Assembly: GCA_943788985.1 (NCBI GenBank)
Contig: CALSSJ010000017.1
Coordinates: forward strand, 32,001-96,000
Length of the DNA stretch: 64,000 nt
Direction: 5' to 3'
Origin: an uncultured Lentisphaerales bacterium
GTDB taxonomy: Bacteria; Verrucomicrobiota; Lentisphaeria; JABSQK01; UBA12247
The position numbers were made by a program, and so were the translations under genes. Positions 1-10,200 of the stretch are shown here, piece after piece. Every line of letters begins with the position of its first letter. Position 1 is the first letter of the stretch. The notes beneath the pieces were generated by a model. The model made no database searches. It was not told the origin of the DNA and worked only from the letters and a program-made list of their open reading frames with translations.

Positions 1-75
1 CTCTCACAAAGATCTCGCTTCAGCTATTGCCCCGCACGCAGCCAGATCAATCTTGCAGAATTCCTGCGCGGGGAC

Positions 76-3000
76 CTACCGCTTGAGCACCCACTGGGAG
101 CTAGCCCTGCCGTCCACGGGCAGATTAAAGACCATTCTATACGTACCGGACGCAGCATCAAAATCCGTCTGCCAGAAGTCATTGCCCTGCACCGCCTGGT
201 CAAGCCGAACCTCGACACCAGCCGTCACGTCGTAAATGCCGTACCCTTCAGGCGAAGCGAGCCCCTCAAAGCGGATTGGGATGAATCCCAAACCGCCCTT
301 GATGGTGACCGTGACCTGCGATTGCTCGGCGGCGATCACGATGGGCAAATCCTGGAGGAGCGTCCCCCCCTCAACGACAACCTTGGGGCTATTGCCCGTG
401 ACTTCGCGGTAGGTCGTCTTCCAAGAGTTCGGGTTCTCGGCGAGATGCTGGCGATAGCCTTCGTTAAGGCCCGCATAGTGTTCTACGCTCGGAGCAAGAT
501 GGAGCCAGTCCGCGTCGAATGTTACCCGGTCACCGGCTTGGTAGCTCTCAACGTCAGGCGGCGGCACAATCCGCGCATCGATGAGTTGGTTCCCCTCCTT
601 TGTCCCACTACTGCGCACTTCCAGAAAGGGATTGGTAACAGCCTTCCCTCCAAAGGTGGCGCCAAAATCGCGAATAACCATGCTGATATATCCGGAATGC
701 TTTCCTGCGACATAGGGCGAACTGACCCACCACGGCCCGGGCCCGGGCAGCTCAACAGCGGGCAACAGGACTTCATTCGCCGCCGAGGCGCCTTTAACCG
801 TGAACGTGTCGAGCAGCCCTTCCGCGTTCCCGAAGAAGACATGCCCGTCGAGCTTCTGCTTAAGGTCAAGACTGTAGCGTTTGCTCATGAGCGAAGTATT
901 GGCAGTAGGCAGTGGCTTCTGGAAGGCGTAGCTGAGTTGTTGGAAAGTGCGGCCATAGTCGTTTGTGCGGGCGAATTGAATCCGTGCGTCTAACAGCGCA
1001 TCGCGTCCAGAGCCATAGGCGCCGACATAGCGCACGTCCGACAGGCATGGGCCATGCGCCAGGTACGCGGTCTTCATCCCAGCAGCGGCAAGTTTGCGGT
1101 CGCCAAGATCATAGATGCTCAGCCAGTCACCGCCCCAGACCGCGTCGGTCCAAGTCCAAGGAGCGCCATCTTTGCCCTTTTGGGTGAGGGGCGCACGCAC
1201 ATCGCAGATTAGCACATCGGTCAGGCTCATATCCACATCGTAGGTGATCGCCTCCCCACCACAAGCCAGCGCCAACTGGTCCCAGCGCTGGTTGCCGCCG
1301 TAGCCGATCAGACAAAGCTGGGCATGGCTGGCAGATGGCAAGGTTCCGTAGAAGCCGTACGGGATTCGTAGCCGATAGCGGTTTGCCCCGGGCTGCGCCG
1401 GGATCATGGCAAACGCCCGGAGATAGGACCCCATAGCCCGGTGGTGCCAATTTTTGCTCAGTTGTACGTGAATTCCCGTTGGCGTGCCGTCGTCATTGCA
1501 GAGGATCGGGACCAGGCCAGTAATGTTTGCGATTCCGCGCAGATCAAGCAAGAACGGGATCGTCGCGGCCGTCTCGCCGTTGTAGTCGAAGGCAATGCCG
1601 AATTCATCGTAATCGGTAATCTTGACGTAGCCCTCTTCGAACGTCCGCTCTAGCCCTTCGACAGTGGCGACATGGCCGCCGAACTCCGGCTGATAATTGA
1701 TCGGAAAACTTTGGCCACTGACGTACGTCACAGCCCCGGATACCTTATCAACCGCTGGTTCACTGGCCCCCATTGGACAATGCAGTATCAGACTCCGGGC
1801 TTCATTGAGTGCCCAAGCCGCCCCCTCTGCCTTGGTCTCCCAGTTCCCGGCCGCGCCTTTCAGCGCCAGACGAAACGTGGGATTAGCCCAGCCATGAGGA
1901 ATGTCTTCCGCCGACATCACCCCAAAATTCTCTTCGAACCCAAGCCCCTCACGATTCGGAATTTCTCGCGGGTTCTCGTGATGCGCGAGGATCTCCTCTG
2001 CCGACAGGGCACGATTCCAAATCCGGACCTCATCGTATATCCCCTTTAGTGGCGTGGGCATGTGACTCACGCCATCCGGACGGGTTCCAATACGTAGCGC
2101 GCCAGTGCCTTTAACCCGCTTGCGGCCGACCTGCGTCTCGCCCTGCAAAATGCCATTCATGTAGAACCGCATCATGTCCCCATCGTAGGTGCCCACCAGA
2201 TGCTTCCAGGCGCCAGGTGCGTCGCCTTCTCGGCTCTTGTGCCCCGTCACCCGCGCCTGATTATCCCGGCCCTTGCCAATATTCATGACGAAGTTAATCT
2301 CGAACGGTGAGTAAATGAAGCCGAAGCAACCCTCCTCCCATTCATTTTCGTTCTTGCCGATTACCCATTGATGGATCGTTTGATCGGCGAATTGCGTGGG
2401 TTCGTGAAGCCACATCTCCAACGTGAAGGTCTCGCTTTCCATGCCGTCCTGGTGCGGAAAAGTCACGTCCTGATCCATGATCATGTGTGCGGCACCGCTG
2501 ACGCCATGGCCAACGCGACCGTCGGCGAATTCTACGATGGGGGTAACCTTGGCCGTCAGAGTTAGCGAGTCTGGCCAGGCGACCAGCTTGAGTTCCCCGC
2601 TACAGGTCAATAACTCCCCAGCGTCATTTCGCAGCGCCAGCCTTCTCAGGTCAAAGTGCTGGGCAACCTGGCCCGACTCCCACATCCAGGCCTGCTTCAA
2701 ATCGGCAGTCTTAGCGCGATAAGGGACCCCATCGACAGTCACTTCCACGAGCAGCGACGCGGGCTCCAGCTTCGCCAAGCGGCTATCCCGAGCCACTGCG
2801 GCAGACTCGAAATCAACACCGTCAGTAAGAAGGCCAAAACGAGCGTGCTCCAACTTATCCAGATCCACAGTCAGGCCGTAGCCCTGGGCCTCGATAGCCA
2901 GGACCGGCGGCGTCGTGTCACCTTCCAGGCGCTTCCAGCCATTCAGCCAGTAGCCATACGTAAAACCGTCACGATCCATGCCATCCGCTTCCGAGTTTCC

Positions 3001-3078
3001 AGTAGGCCGCAAAGTGGTGCAGCCAGCGATCAGGATGACTAGCGCCAGGCCCGTTAGAATAGGGATTCGTCGTTTCAT
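76..3078 (-). CDS. Large secreted lipoprotein with LamG/concanavalin-A-like domain plus uncharacterised domains
   Basis: 1000-aa ORF; lipobox LIAGC; LamG-like motifs WKHLVGTYDG, FYMNG, GIYDEVRIWNRALS. Confidence 0.8.
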   Translation of the reverse strand: MKRRIPILTGLALVILIAGCTTLRPTGNSEADGMDRDGFTYGYWLNGWKRLEGDTTPPVLAIEAQGYGLTVDLDKLEHARFGLLTDGVDFESAAVARDSRLAKLEPASLLVEVTVDGVPYRAKTADLKQAWMWESGQVAQHFDLRRLALRNDAGELLTCSGELKLVAWPDSLTLTAKVTPIVEFADGRVGHGVSGAAHMIMDQDVTFPHQDGMESETFTLEMWLHEPTQFADQTIHQWVIGKNENEWEEGCFGFIYSPFEINFVMNIGKGRDNQARVTGHKSREGDAPGAWKHLVGTYDGDMMRFYMNGILQGETQVGRKRVKGTGALRIGTRPDGVSHMPTPLKGIYDEVRIWNRALSAEEILAHHENPREIPNREGLGFEENFGVMSAEDIPHGWANPTFRLALKGAAGNWETKAEGAAWALNEARSLILHCPMGASEPAVDKVSGAVTYVSGQSFPINYQPEFGGHVATVEGLERTFEEGYVKITDYDEFGIAFDYNGETAATIPFLLDLRGIANITGLVPILCNDDGTPTGIHVQLSKNWHHRAMGSYLRAFAMIPAQPGANRYRLRIPYGFYGTLPSASHAQLCLIGYGGNQRWDQLALACGGEAITYDVDMSLTDVLICDVRAPLTQKGKDGAPWTWTDAVWGGDWLSIYDLGDRKLAAAGMKTAYLAHGPCLSDVRYVGAYGSGRDALLDARIQFARTNDYGRTFQQLSYAFQKPLPTANTSLMSKRYSLDLKQKLDGHVFFGNAEGLLDTFTVKGASAANEVLLPAVELPGPGPWWVSSPYVAGKHSGYISMVIRDFGATFGGKAVTNPFLEVRSSGTKEGNQLIDARIVPPPDVESYQAGDRVTFDADWLHLAPSVEHYAGLNEGYRQHLAENPNSWKTTYREVTGNSPKVVVEGGTLLQDLPIVIAAEQSQVTVTIKGGLGFIPIRFEGLASPEGYGIYDVTAGVEVRLDQAVQGNDFWQTDFDAASGTYRMVFNLPVDGRASSQWVLKR

Positions 3079-3218
3079 TTACAAAGTTTCTCAAGTGTCG
3101 TCCGGCCGTTAAAAGTGTCCAAATGGGATAAACCGGGATTGCCATCGACTAACTGCTGACCGCACAAATCGCCCAAATAAAACCGCTGCGTCATGCCCCC
3201 TTTGAAAGGCTACTTCGA

Positions 3219-4649
3219 TTATCCTTCAGCCGATCCCAGAACATCCTCCGCGATCTCTGCACAGCCACCAGCCTGTGGCCAGGGATAAGTCCGGAAGCCC
3301 TCTTGGTCGCTCTTGCCCCAACTCGGCAGACTCCGTGCCCAAGCAATCAACTCTGCGGCCAAATCTGCGACGATCTCAGGCTCGTAACGCGAGCAGTCCG
3401 CAGTCTCGCTGGGATCCCGCGAGAGGTCAAAGAGCTCGGACTTACTCCCGCTCGCGTTCATCATTAGCTTCCAATTCCCCTTGCGCATGGCATAGCGCAG
3501 ACTGAACTGAATATGCCGCCCCCAAGAGCCGAAGCGAAACTCCCAAAACAGCGCGCCATCTCTCTGCACCGAGTTTCCTAGAAACGCCTCGCTCATATCC
3601 TGGCCATCCAGCCCTGGCGGCGGCTCAATCCCAGCCATGCTACAGAACGTCGGCAGCAGATCCGTAGCGCTCATGATCGTATCATTATCGACCACATCCT
3701 TCGGAGTCCTTCCCGGCCACCGAGCGATGAACGGCATCCGAACGCCTCCTTCATAAAGACTGGCCTTGATCCCACGAAACGGGCCAGTGCGCCCAGCACC
3801 GCTGTTTGAGGTCCCGGTATCCCAGACCGGCGCCGGGCCATTGTCGCTGGTGAACACGATCACCGTATTGTCTGCCAGTCCCAAGTCATCCAGCCCATCC
3901 AGCAACCGTCCGATCTGGCGGTCCAAATTAGCAATCGCCGAGTAATACACGCACATCGCGCCGGAGTCCTTGTCCGAATCGCCACGAAACGGCGTCAGCT
4001 CCCGAAACTCCTCCATCTGCTCCGGCGATGGATCTAGCACACCATGCGGATCCATAAACCAGACATTCAGCAAGAACGGCTTTGTTGCGTTCCGCCCCTC
4101 GAGAAACTCAAGCGAGCGATTGACGATTGCTTCGGAGGACGTGTGCTGCGCTTGGACTTCGCCCTGATCGGTCCGCCAAAGCGGCTCACCTCGCATCGCG
4201 TTACAGGCCCAATTGTCGAAGCCATAGTCGCCAGCATCGGGTGCATCGGGATTGTTCTTGGCATTCCAAGCACCGCTCATGTGCCACTTACCAAAGTGCG
4301 CCGTCTCATAGCCAGCATCGCTCAACACCGATGCCAGATTGGGCGCTGTTGGCTCCAGCAAATTCTTCTGGCCAATGGCTTGATCCTCTGCTGCTTGGCC
4401 GTGAATCGCAAAATCGATGCCGTGGCGCGCCGGATACTGTCCGGTCATAAAGCCCACCCGCGAAGGCGAACAGACCGGAGAATTCACGTAGAAGTTAGTT
4501 ACCCGAACCCCCTCACTAGCCAGCTTATCCAGCACGGGCGTCTGGATCTTATACCGCCCGAAGCAGGCGGAGTGCCCGAAGCACCCCAAGTCTTCCCAGC
4601 CCTGGTCATCCGTGAGTATAAATACAAAATTCGGTCTTTTCTGCGCCAT
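3219..4649 (-). CDS. Formylglycine-dependent (Cys-type) sulfatase
   Basis: RPNFVFILTDDQG, CSPSR, GKWH, FTSDNG, LYEGGVRMP motifs. Confidence 0.95.
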   Translation of the reverse strand: MAQKRPNFVFILTDDQGWEDLGCFGHSACFGRYKIQTPVLDKLASEGVRVTNFYVNSPVCSPSRVGFMTGQYPARHGIDFAIHGQAAEDQAIGQKNLLEPTAPNLASVLSDAGYETAHFGKWHMSGAWNAKNNPDAPDAGDYGFDNWACNAMRGEPLWRTDQGEVQAQHTSSEAIVNRSLEFLEGRNATKPFLLNVWFMDPHGVLDPSPEQMEEFRELTPFRGDSDKDSGAMCVYYSAIANLDRQIGRLLDGLDDLGLADNTVIVFTSDNGPAPVWDTGTSNSGAGRTGPFRGIKASLYEGGVRMPFIARWPGRTPKDVVDNDTIMSATDLLPTFCSMAGIEPPPGLDGQDMSEAFLGNSVQRDGALFWEFRFGSWGRHIQFSLRYAMRKGNWKLMMNASGSKSELFDLSRDPSETADCSRYEPEIVADLAAELIAWARSLPSWGKSDQEGFRTYPWPQAGGCAEIAEDVLGSAEG

Positions 4650-4699
4650 GGTACAACTCCTTCTGGCAAGCGGGGTGTTAGCATTAGCTCTACACTAAC

Positions 4700-5093
4700 G
4701 CGAACTTCGACCTTTCTCTCGCAAGTTGTACTGAACTCCTAAAAAGGACACCCTTATCGCCCAGGAGTCAACCTCTATCGGAGTCCCACATAGTTTCGGT
4801 GACGTTGGCCACGGTAGCGAGGCTGCCGTCAGAGCAAGTGAGGGTGTCATAGAACTTCGGGGCCTCCACATGGCCATCGCCAAACAGATAGTTTGCCGAT
4901 AGTCCATGCACCCAATATCCGTCGAACTGCAAGTCCTCTAACCGATCCGCGCGATGATGGTCCTGCCAGCTGTTGCCCAGCAGATTGCCAGCGACGGCAG
5001 CAATAGCGCTGCAAGGATTGCAATGATCGTGATGACAACGAAAAGCGCGATGAGCGTAAACTTGTGCCGAGAATGCCGCCGAGCGGTTTTCAT
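4700..5093 (-). pseudogene. Degenerate prepilin-type N-terminal cleavage/methylation domain gene
   Basis: KFTLIALFVVITIIAILAALLLPSL resembles the FTLIELLVVIAIIAIL consensus but has lost Glu+5; frame closes at 4938; left boundary approximate. Confidence 0.6.
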
Positions 5094-5449
5094 GCGATGG
5101 GTCTCCTCACTGACCACCGTCTCCACAGTTCAAGCTGGCCAATACAATCTCCTTTATCCCTGGCTTGGGGAAGGCTGCAATTCAGCAAAGACTAGATGAG
5201 TTTCCCGCATTGATTCAAGCCGTTGCAGCGAATAGGTTGCTGCCCATCTCCCCTGCCAAAATCCCAATATTCGGAAACAGCTGACAGATTATTAAAGCAC
5301 ATGCCTTCTGGCAAGCAGGTCTCACGGTATATGAATCTGCAAATGCGCACCTGCAAAGAACAACCTTGATCGAGTGGGAATCCATAGTAACGTCAACTGC
5401 GAGCAGGCAGCAATAGGTATGCCCCCAACGGCAACGAAGGAGTTTCCGC

Positions 5450-6019
5450 GTGACGATCTCAGAAACACCTAGAATCAGTCGACTGGATTTTACGCGAGCT
5501 GCCAGCGGGGGAACTGTCGCCACTGCCCTCTGCATCATACTTCTCCTTCTACTTACGTCCTGCGCGACTACAGGAGATCGCAATCCGGGACTAGAAGTCA
5601 GCGTCGAACACATTTCCGCCCCCGAGATTCAATTGTTCGCAAGTCGGGCAACGGTCAGAATCAGAATCGACAACGAAACAGCTGAGCCGGTCACACTTTC
5701 CGGTGGCGTCCATCACATTCGCATCAACGAGCGCCGAATCGGCAAAGCAATGGACAACGCAAACACCGTGATCCAGCCGTTTTCCTCAGTCACTCGACAA
5801 CTTCCCCTGACCCTTAGCAATCTTGGTCTGATTCGCAGCACCCGTGCAACGATCGACCACAAAGAGGTCACCTACCGACTCGACAGCCAGCTCTCGATCA
5901 AGTCGTCGTCTGGTTTCAGAAAGTGCTCCCTGCGCCGCGAAGGCGAAGTCTCGCTGGATGAACTGATTCCAGCCCAGTCAACCGCACCCGGCTTAACACC
6001 GGTACTGATCACGCCTTAG
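5450..6019 (+). CDS. LEA_2/WHy-like lipoprotein
   Basis: Hydrophobic stretch ending LTSC; IRIDNET..PVTLSG...I.IN...IGK pattern typical of LEA_2; start uncertain. Confidence 0.7.
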   Translation: MTISETPRISRLDFTRAASGGTVATALCIILLLLLTSCATTGDRNPGLEVSVEHISAPEIQLFASRATVRIRIDNETAEPVTLSGGVHHIRINERRIGKAMDNANTVIQPFSSVTRQLPLTLSNLGLIRSTRATIDHKEVTYRLDSQLSIKSSSGFRKCSLRREGEVSLDELIPAQSTAPGLTPVLITP

Positions 6020-6160
6020 CCACGCTGGGAGCCTTCTTGGTAGGCGCACCCGTCTGCTCACTGGCGGTGGTCGGGGGCGGTATCCGTTTCCGGTGGTCCG
6101 AGTATCCGAAAATCCTCTAATGGGTGGGGCGTTCTGCAGAATCCGCGTAGGTGAGAGCTG

Positions 6161-6176
6161 TGGCATGAATTCTGCA
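6161..6176 (+). promoter_or_regulatory. Sigma-54 (-24/-12) promoter for the rnf/PFOR operon
   Basis: TGGCATGAATTCTGCA = GG-N10-GC, ~90 bp upstream of the rnfB ATG. Confidence 0.65.
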
Positions 6177-6268
6177 TGGGGATGGCATGAGACCATCTAT
6201 TGACATGAAAGGCGCGGCCGACCTGAGCGCCCCGTACGGCCAGTCAAACTGGCAAGTTGCCTGAACTC

Positions 6269-7186
6269 ATGCTGGACCTCGCAACATTCGTTGGCAGCGC
6301 GGTTCTCTTCATGGGAGCACTTGGCGCGGCACTTGCTGCGGTTCTTGCAATTGCCAACAAGAAGCTGCATGTGGCGGACGATCCCCGCATCGAACAGGTC
6401 GATGAGTTGCTACCGCAAACCAACTGCGGCGCCTGTGGCAGCCCCGGTTGCCGCGCATTCGCCGAAGCCTGCGTCGATGGGGAGAAGAATCCCGGCCAGT
6501 GCACAGTCAACAGCAAAGACATGGCGGCTTTCATTGCGGAGATACTGGGCGTGGAACTCGGTCAGCAGGAGCGTCAAGTGGCCCGTCTGGCGTGTGCTGG
6601 AGGCAATCACGTCTCGCGCATGCGTGCCCGTTACAAGGGAGTTGAGAGCTGTCGCGCAGCGGTCGTCACCGGCGGTGGCGGAAAGTCCTGCGCCTGGGGC
6701 TGTTTAGGATTGGGAGATTGCGAGCGATCATGCGACTTCGGTGCCATCTATATGGATGAGCACGGACTGCCGGTCGTGATCGAGGAGAAATGCGTCGCCT
6801 GCAACGACTGCATCCTCGCCTGTCCGCTCCACCTTTTTTCACTGCAACCGGTCAGCCGCAAATTATGGGTCGCCTGCAAGAGCCTGGCGGAAGGTGACGA
6901 TGCCCTCGCCGACTGTGAAGTTGCCTGCACCGGATGCGCACGCTGCGTCGCCGATGCACCGGAAGGGCTGATCAGTATCCGGGAAAACCTGGCCGTCATT
7001 GATTATACGAGAAACCAAATGGCCACACCACTGCCGACGCAGCGTTGCCCAACGGGCGCGATCGTCTGGCAGGAAAAGCAGAAAGTTGTTAAAGGGATGG
7101 CAGCAAAGCGCATCATCCGCAACGATCCCCTGCCCCTTGACGCCGACCAGCTTCAGTCACGCAACCAGCGATCTTACTCCGCATGA
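6269..7186 (+). CDS. rnfB: Rnf electron transport complex subunit B (polyferredoxin type)
   Basis: N-terminal TM; LPQTNCGACGSPGC; CLGLGDCERSC, CVACNDCILACP, CTGCARC Fe-S motifs. Confidence 0.93.
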   Translation: MLDLATFVGSAVLFMGALGAALAAVLAIANKKLHVADDPRIEQVDELLPQTNCGACGSPGCRAFAEACVDGEKNPGQCTVNSKDMAAFIAEILGVELGQQERQVARLACAGGNHVSRMRARYKGVESCRAAVVTGGGGKSCAWGCLGLGDCERSCDFGAIYMDEHGLPVVIEEKCVACNDCILACPLHLFSLQPVSRKLWVACKSLAEGDDALADCEVACTGCARCVADAPEGLISIRENLAVIDYTRNQMATPLPTQRCPTGAIVWQEKQKVVKGMAAKRIIRNDPLPLDADQLQSRNQRSYSA

Positions 7187-7206
7187 GCCCAAAGGAGAGA
7201 GCCCAA

Positions 7207-10200
7207 ATGGCTTCTAAAAACAAGAATCCAAAATACCCAGGAATTCCCGTTGCAATGGACGGAAATTCAGCTGTGATCATGTGTGAACGGGAGTCCAGTG
7301 ATGCGGCTGGTTCGTATCCTATTACCCCCTCAACCCAGATGGGGGAGTATTGGGCAGAAGAAACTGCCAAGGGACACATCAACACTGCGGGGCGGCCTCT
7401 GATCTTTGTCGAGCCCGAAGGTGAGCACGCCGCTGCAGGCGTCACCGCCGGCATGTCGATGAGCGGTCTGCGCGCCTCAAACTTTTCGTCAGGTCAGGGC
7501 ATTGCCTACATGCATGAGTCGCTCTATGCGGCGGTTGGCAAGCGCTTGCCCTACATCCTTAACATCGGTTGTCGCGCCATCACCAAGAGCACGCTCAATG
7601 TGCACGCCGGGCACGACGATTATCATCTAATGGATGACACCGGTTTCATCCAGACAATGGCCAAGAACGCGCAGGAAGCAGCGGACCTCAACCTGATCAC
7701 CCGCAAGATCGCCGAGCTGTCATTGACGCCCGGCGCGGTCGGCCAGGACGGCTTCCTGACCACACACCTCATCGAGACGCTCAAGGTTCCGGAGCGCGAG
7801 CTAATCGCGGAGTTCCTCGGGTTGGCGGAAGACATTATCGACACCCCAACGCCCGGCCAGGAACTCCTCTATGGCAAGACCCGGCGCCGCGTGCCCAAAC
7901 TCTGGGATGTCGATAATCCCGTGCTGTCCGGTCCGGTGCAGAACCAGGACGCCTATATGCAATCCGTGGCTGGCCAGCGCCCATACTTCTTCGACCATGT
8001 CCGCGAAATCACCGACCAATGCATGGCCGAATACGCCGCACTGACCGGACGCAGCTACACTCGCGTCGCCACCTACAATTGTGACGATGCCGAATACATC
8101 GTGCTCGGCCAAGGCAGCTTGAACGGAACAGCCGAGGCCGTTGCCGACTACCTGCGTGAATCGCGTGGGCTCAAGGTCGGTGTTGTCAACATGACCATGT
8201 TTCGCCCCTTCCCAAGCGACCTTATTGGCAAGATTCTCAAGGGCCGCAAGGGCGTGGTTGTGCTCGAGCGGACCGACCAGCCGCTTGCCAGCGATCTGCC
8301 TCTGATCCGCGAAATCCGCGCCACTCTGACAAAGTGCTTGGAGAACGGCTTCGAAAAGTGCGCCCTCCCCTATCCAGATCTCGCAACCTACAACACTGTC
8401 CAGGACATGCCGCCGCTGTATTCAGGCTGCTTCGGGCTCGGGAGCCGCGACCTTCAGCCGGAAGGCGTTGTCGGTGCCATCGAGAACATGCTTGACGGCG
8501 GCGCCAAGAAAAAGTTCTTCTACTTGTCGATCGACTTCATTCGCAGTAAGCCATCGACTCCGAAGGCCAATATCTACCAGCAGGAGATTAAGGATCGCTA
8601 CCCGACCGTGAAGGCGCTTGCGGTCAAGGGAAGTGAGAATCCGAACCTGCTGCCCCAAGGCGCGATCACAGTGCGCATGCACTCCGTCGGGGGCTGGGGG
8701 GCCATCACCACAGGGAAGAACCTTGCGATCACGCTCTATGAGCTACTTGGCTACGACATCAAGGCGAATCCTAAATATGGGTCTGAAAAGAAGGGCCAGC
8801 CAACCACTTATTACCTCTCGGCCGCACCCGAACCCATTCGCATCAATTGCGAGTATTACTTTGTCGATGCGGTGCTCTCCCCGGATCCGAACGTTTTCAG
8901 TCACTCGAATCCTGTCTTTGGCTTGAAACAGGGCGGTACGTTCATCATCCAGAGCGACCGCGAAACCGCGGAAGCCGTCTGGGAATCAATCCCTGAAAAG
9001 GGCCGAAAATACATTATTGCCAACGAGATCCGCGTCTTTTTCCTCGACGCGTTCAAGATCGCCCGGGAAGAAGCAACCGATCCCGAACTGCAGTTCCGCA
9101 TGCAGGGCATCGCCTTCCAGGGCGCATTCTTTGCAGGTTCCACACTCATGAAGACGTCAGGTCTCACCGAAGCATCCCTGTTCGAGGCCATTCATCAACA
9201 GATCGAGAAGAAGTTCGGCTCCAAGGGCGCACGCGTCGTCGAGGACAACATTCGCGTCGTGCGTCGTGGCTTCGACGAAGTCACCGAGATCGTGGACAAG
9301 CCCGACGTAGCTGCGGCCCAAACCGGCATCCGCAAGGAAACCAACCTGCCGATGATGCTCAAACGCATCCCCGCCAGCGACGATCCCAAGACGGATATCC
9401 ATCGCTACTGGGAACAAACCGGAAGCTTGTACGCCAGCGGAAAACCCAACGACAACCTTGCGGACCCGTTCAACGCGCTTGCCTTGATCCCGGCCAGTAC
9501 CGGCGTCTTCCGCGACATGACGGTAATTCGCTTCAGTCACCCCGTCTGGGATCCCGAAAAATGCACGGCTTGCAGTGAATGCTTCACCGTCTGCCCGGAC
9601 AGTGCAATTCCGGGATTGGTCAACAGCGTCAGCGATGTCTTCCAGGCAACCATCAAGCGTATTAAAAAACAAGGCCACGACGTCAAACTACTCCCCAAGG
9701 CACTACGCACTGTCGAAAACAAGATGCGGGACAACATCGGCGACTGGGACACGAACTCAATTGACACGGGTCCATTGCTTGACAGTGCCATCAGGCAGAC
9801 GATTGCCGAAGCCAACGGCGAGGCCAAGGCGCTCGAAGAAGAGTTTGGCTGGTTCCGCGATGCAATGGCCGACTTCAAGTTCACCCTGACCAAGCCCTAC
9901 TGGGCACAACGCGAAAAGTCCCAGCCCGGCAGCGGTGGGCTCTTCGCCATCACCGTCAACCCGTACACCTGTAAGGGCTGTATGCTGTGTGTAGATGTCT
10001 GTGACGACGACGCGCTGACGGTTGTCCAGCAAACTGAGGAAACAACAAAGACACTCAAGAAGGACTGGGACTTCTGGCTCGATCTGCCGAATACCTCACG
10101 CGACTTCATTCGCATCGACGATATCGACGAAAAAGTCGGCGCGCTCGAAACCATGCTGCTCGATAAATCAATCTACAGCTCGATGGTCTGCGGCGACGGT

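Noticed and set aside
322..993. Long antisense or alternate-frame ORFs (also 4044-4742, 12364-13119, 13162-14034, 40673-41593)
   Set aside because: Shadows of well-supported genes in GC-rich DNA; no motifs
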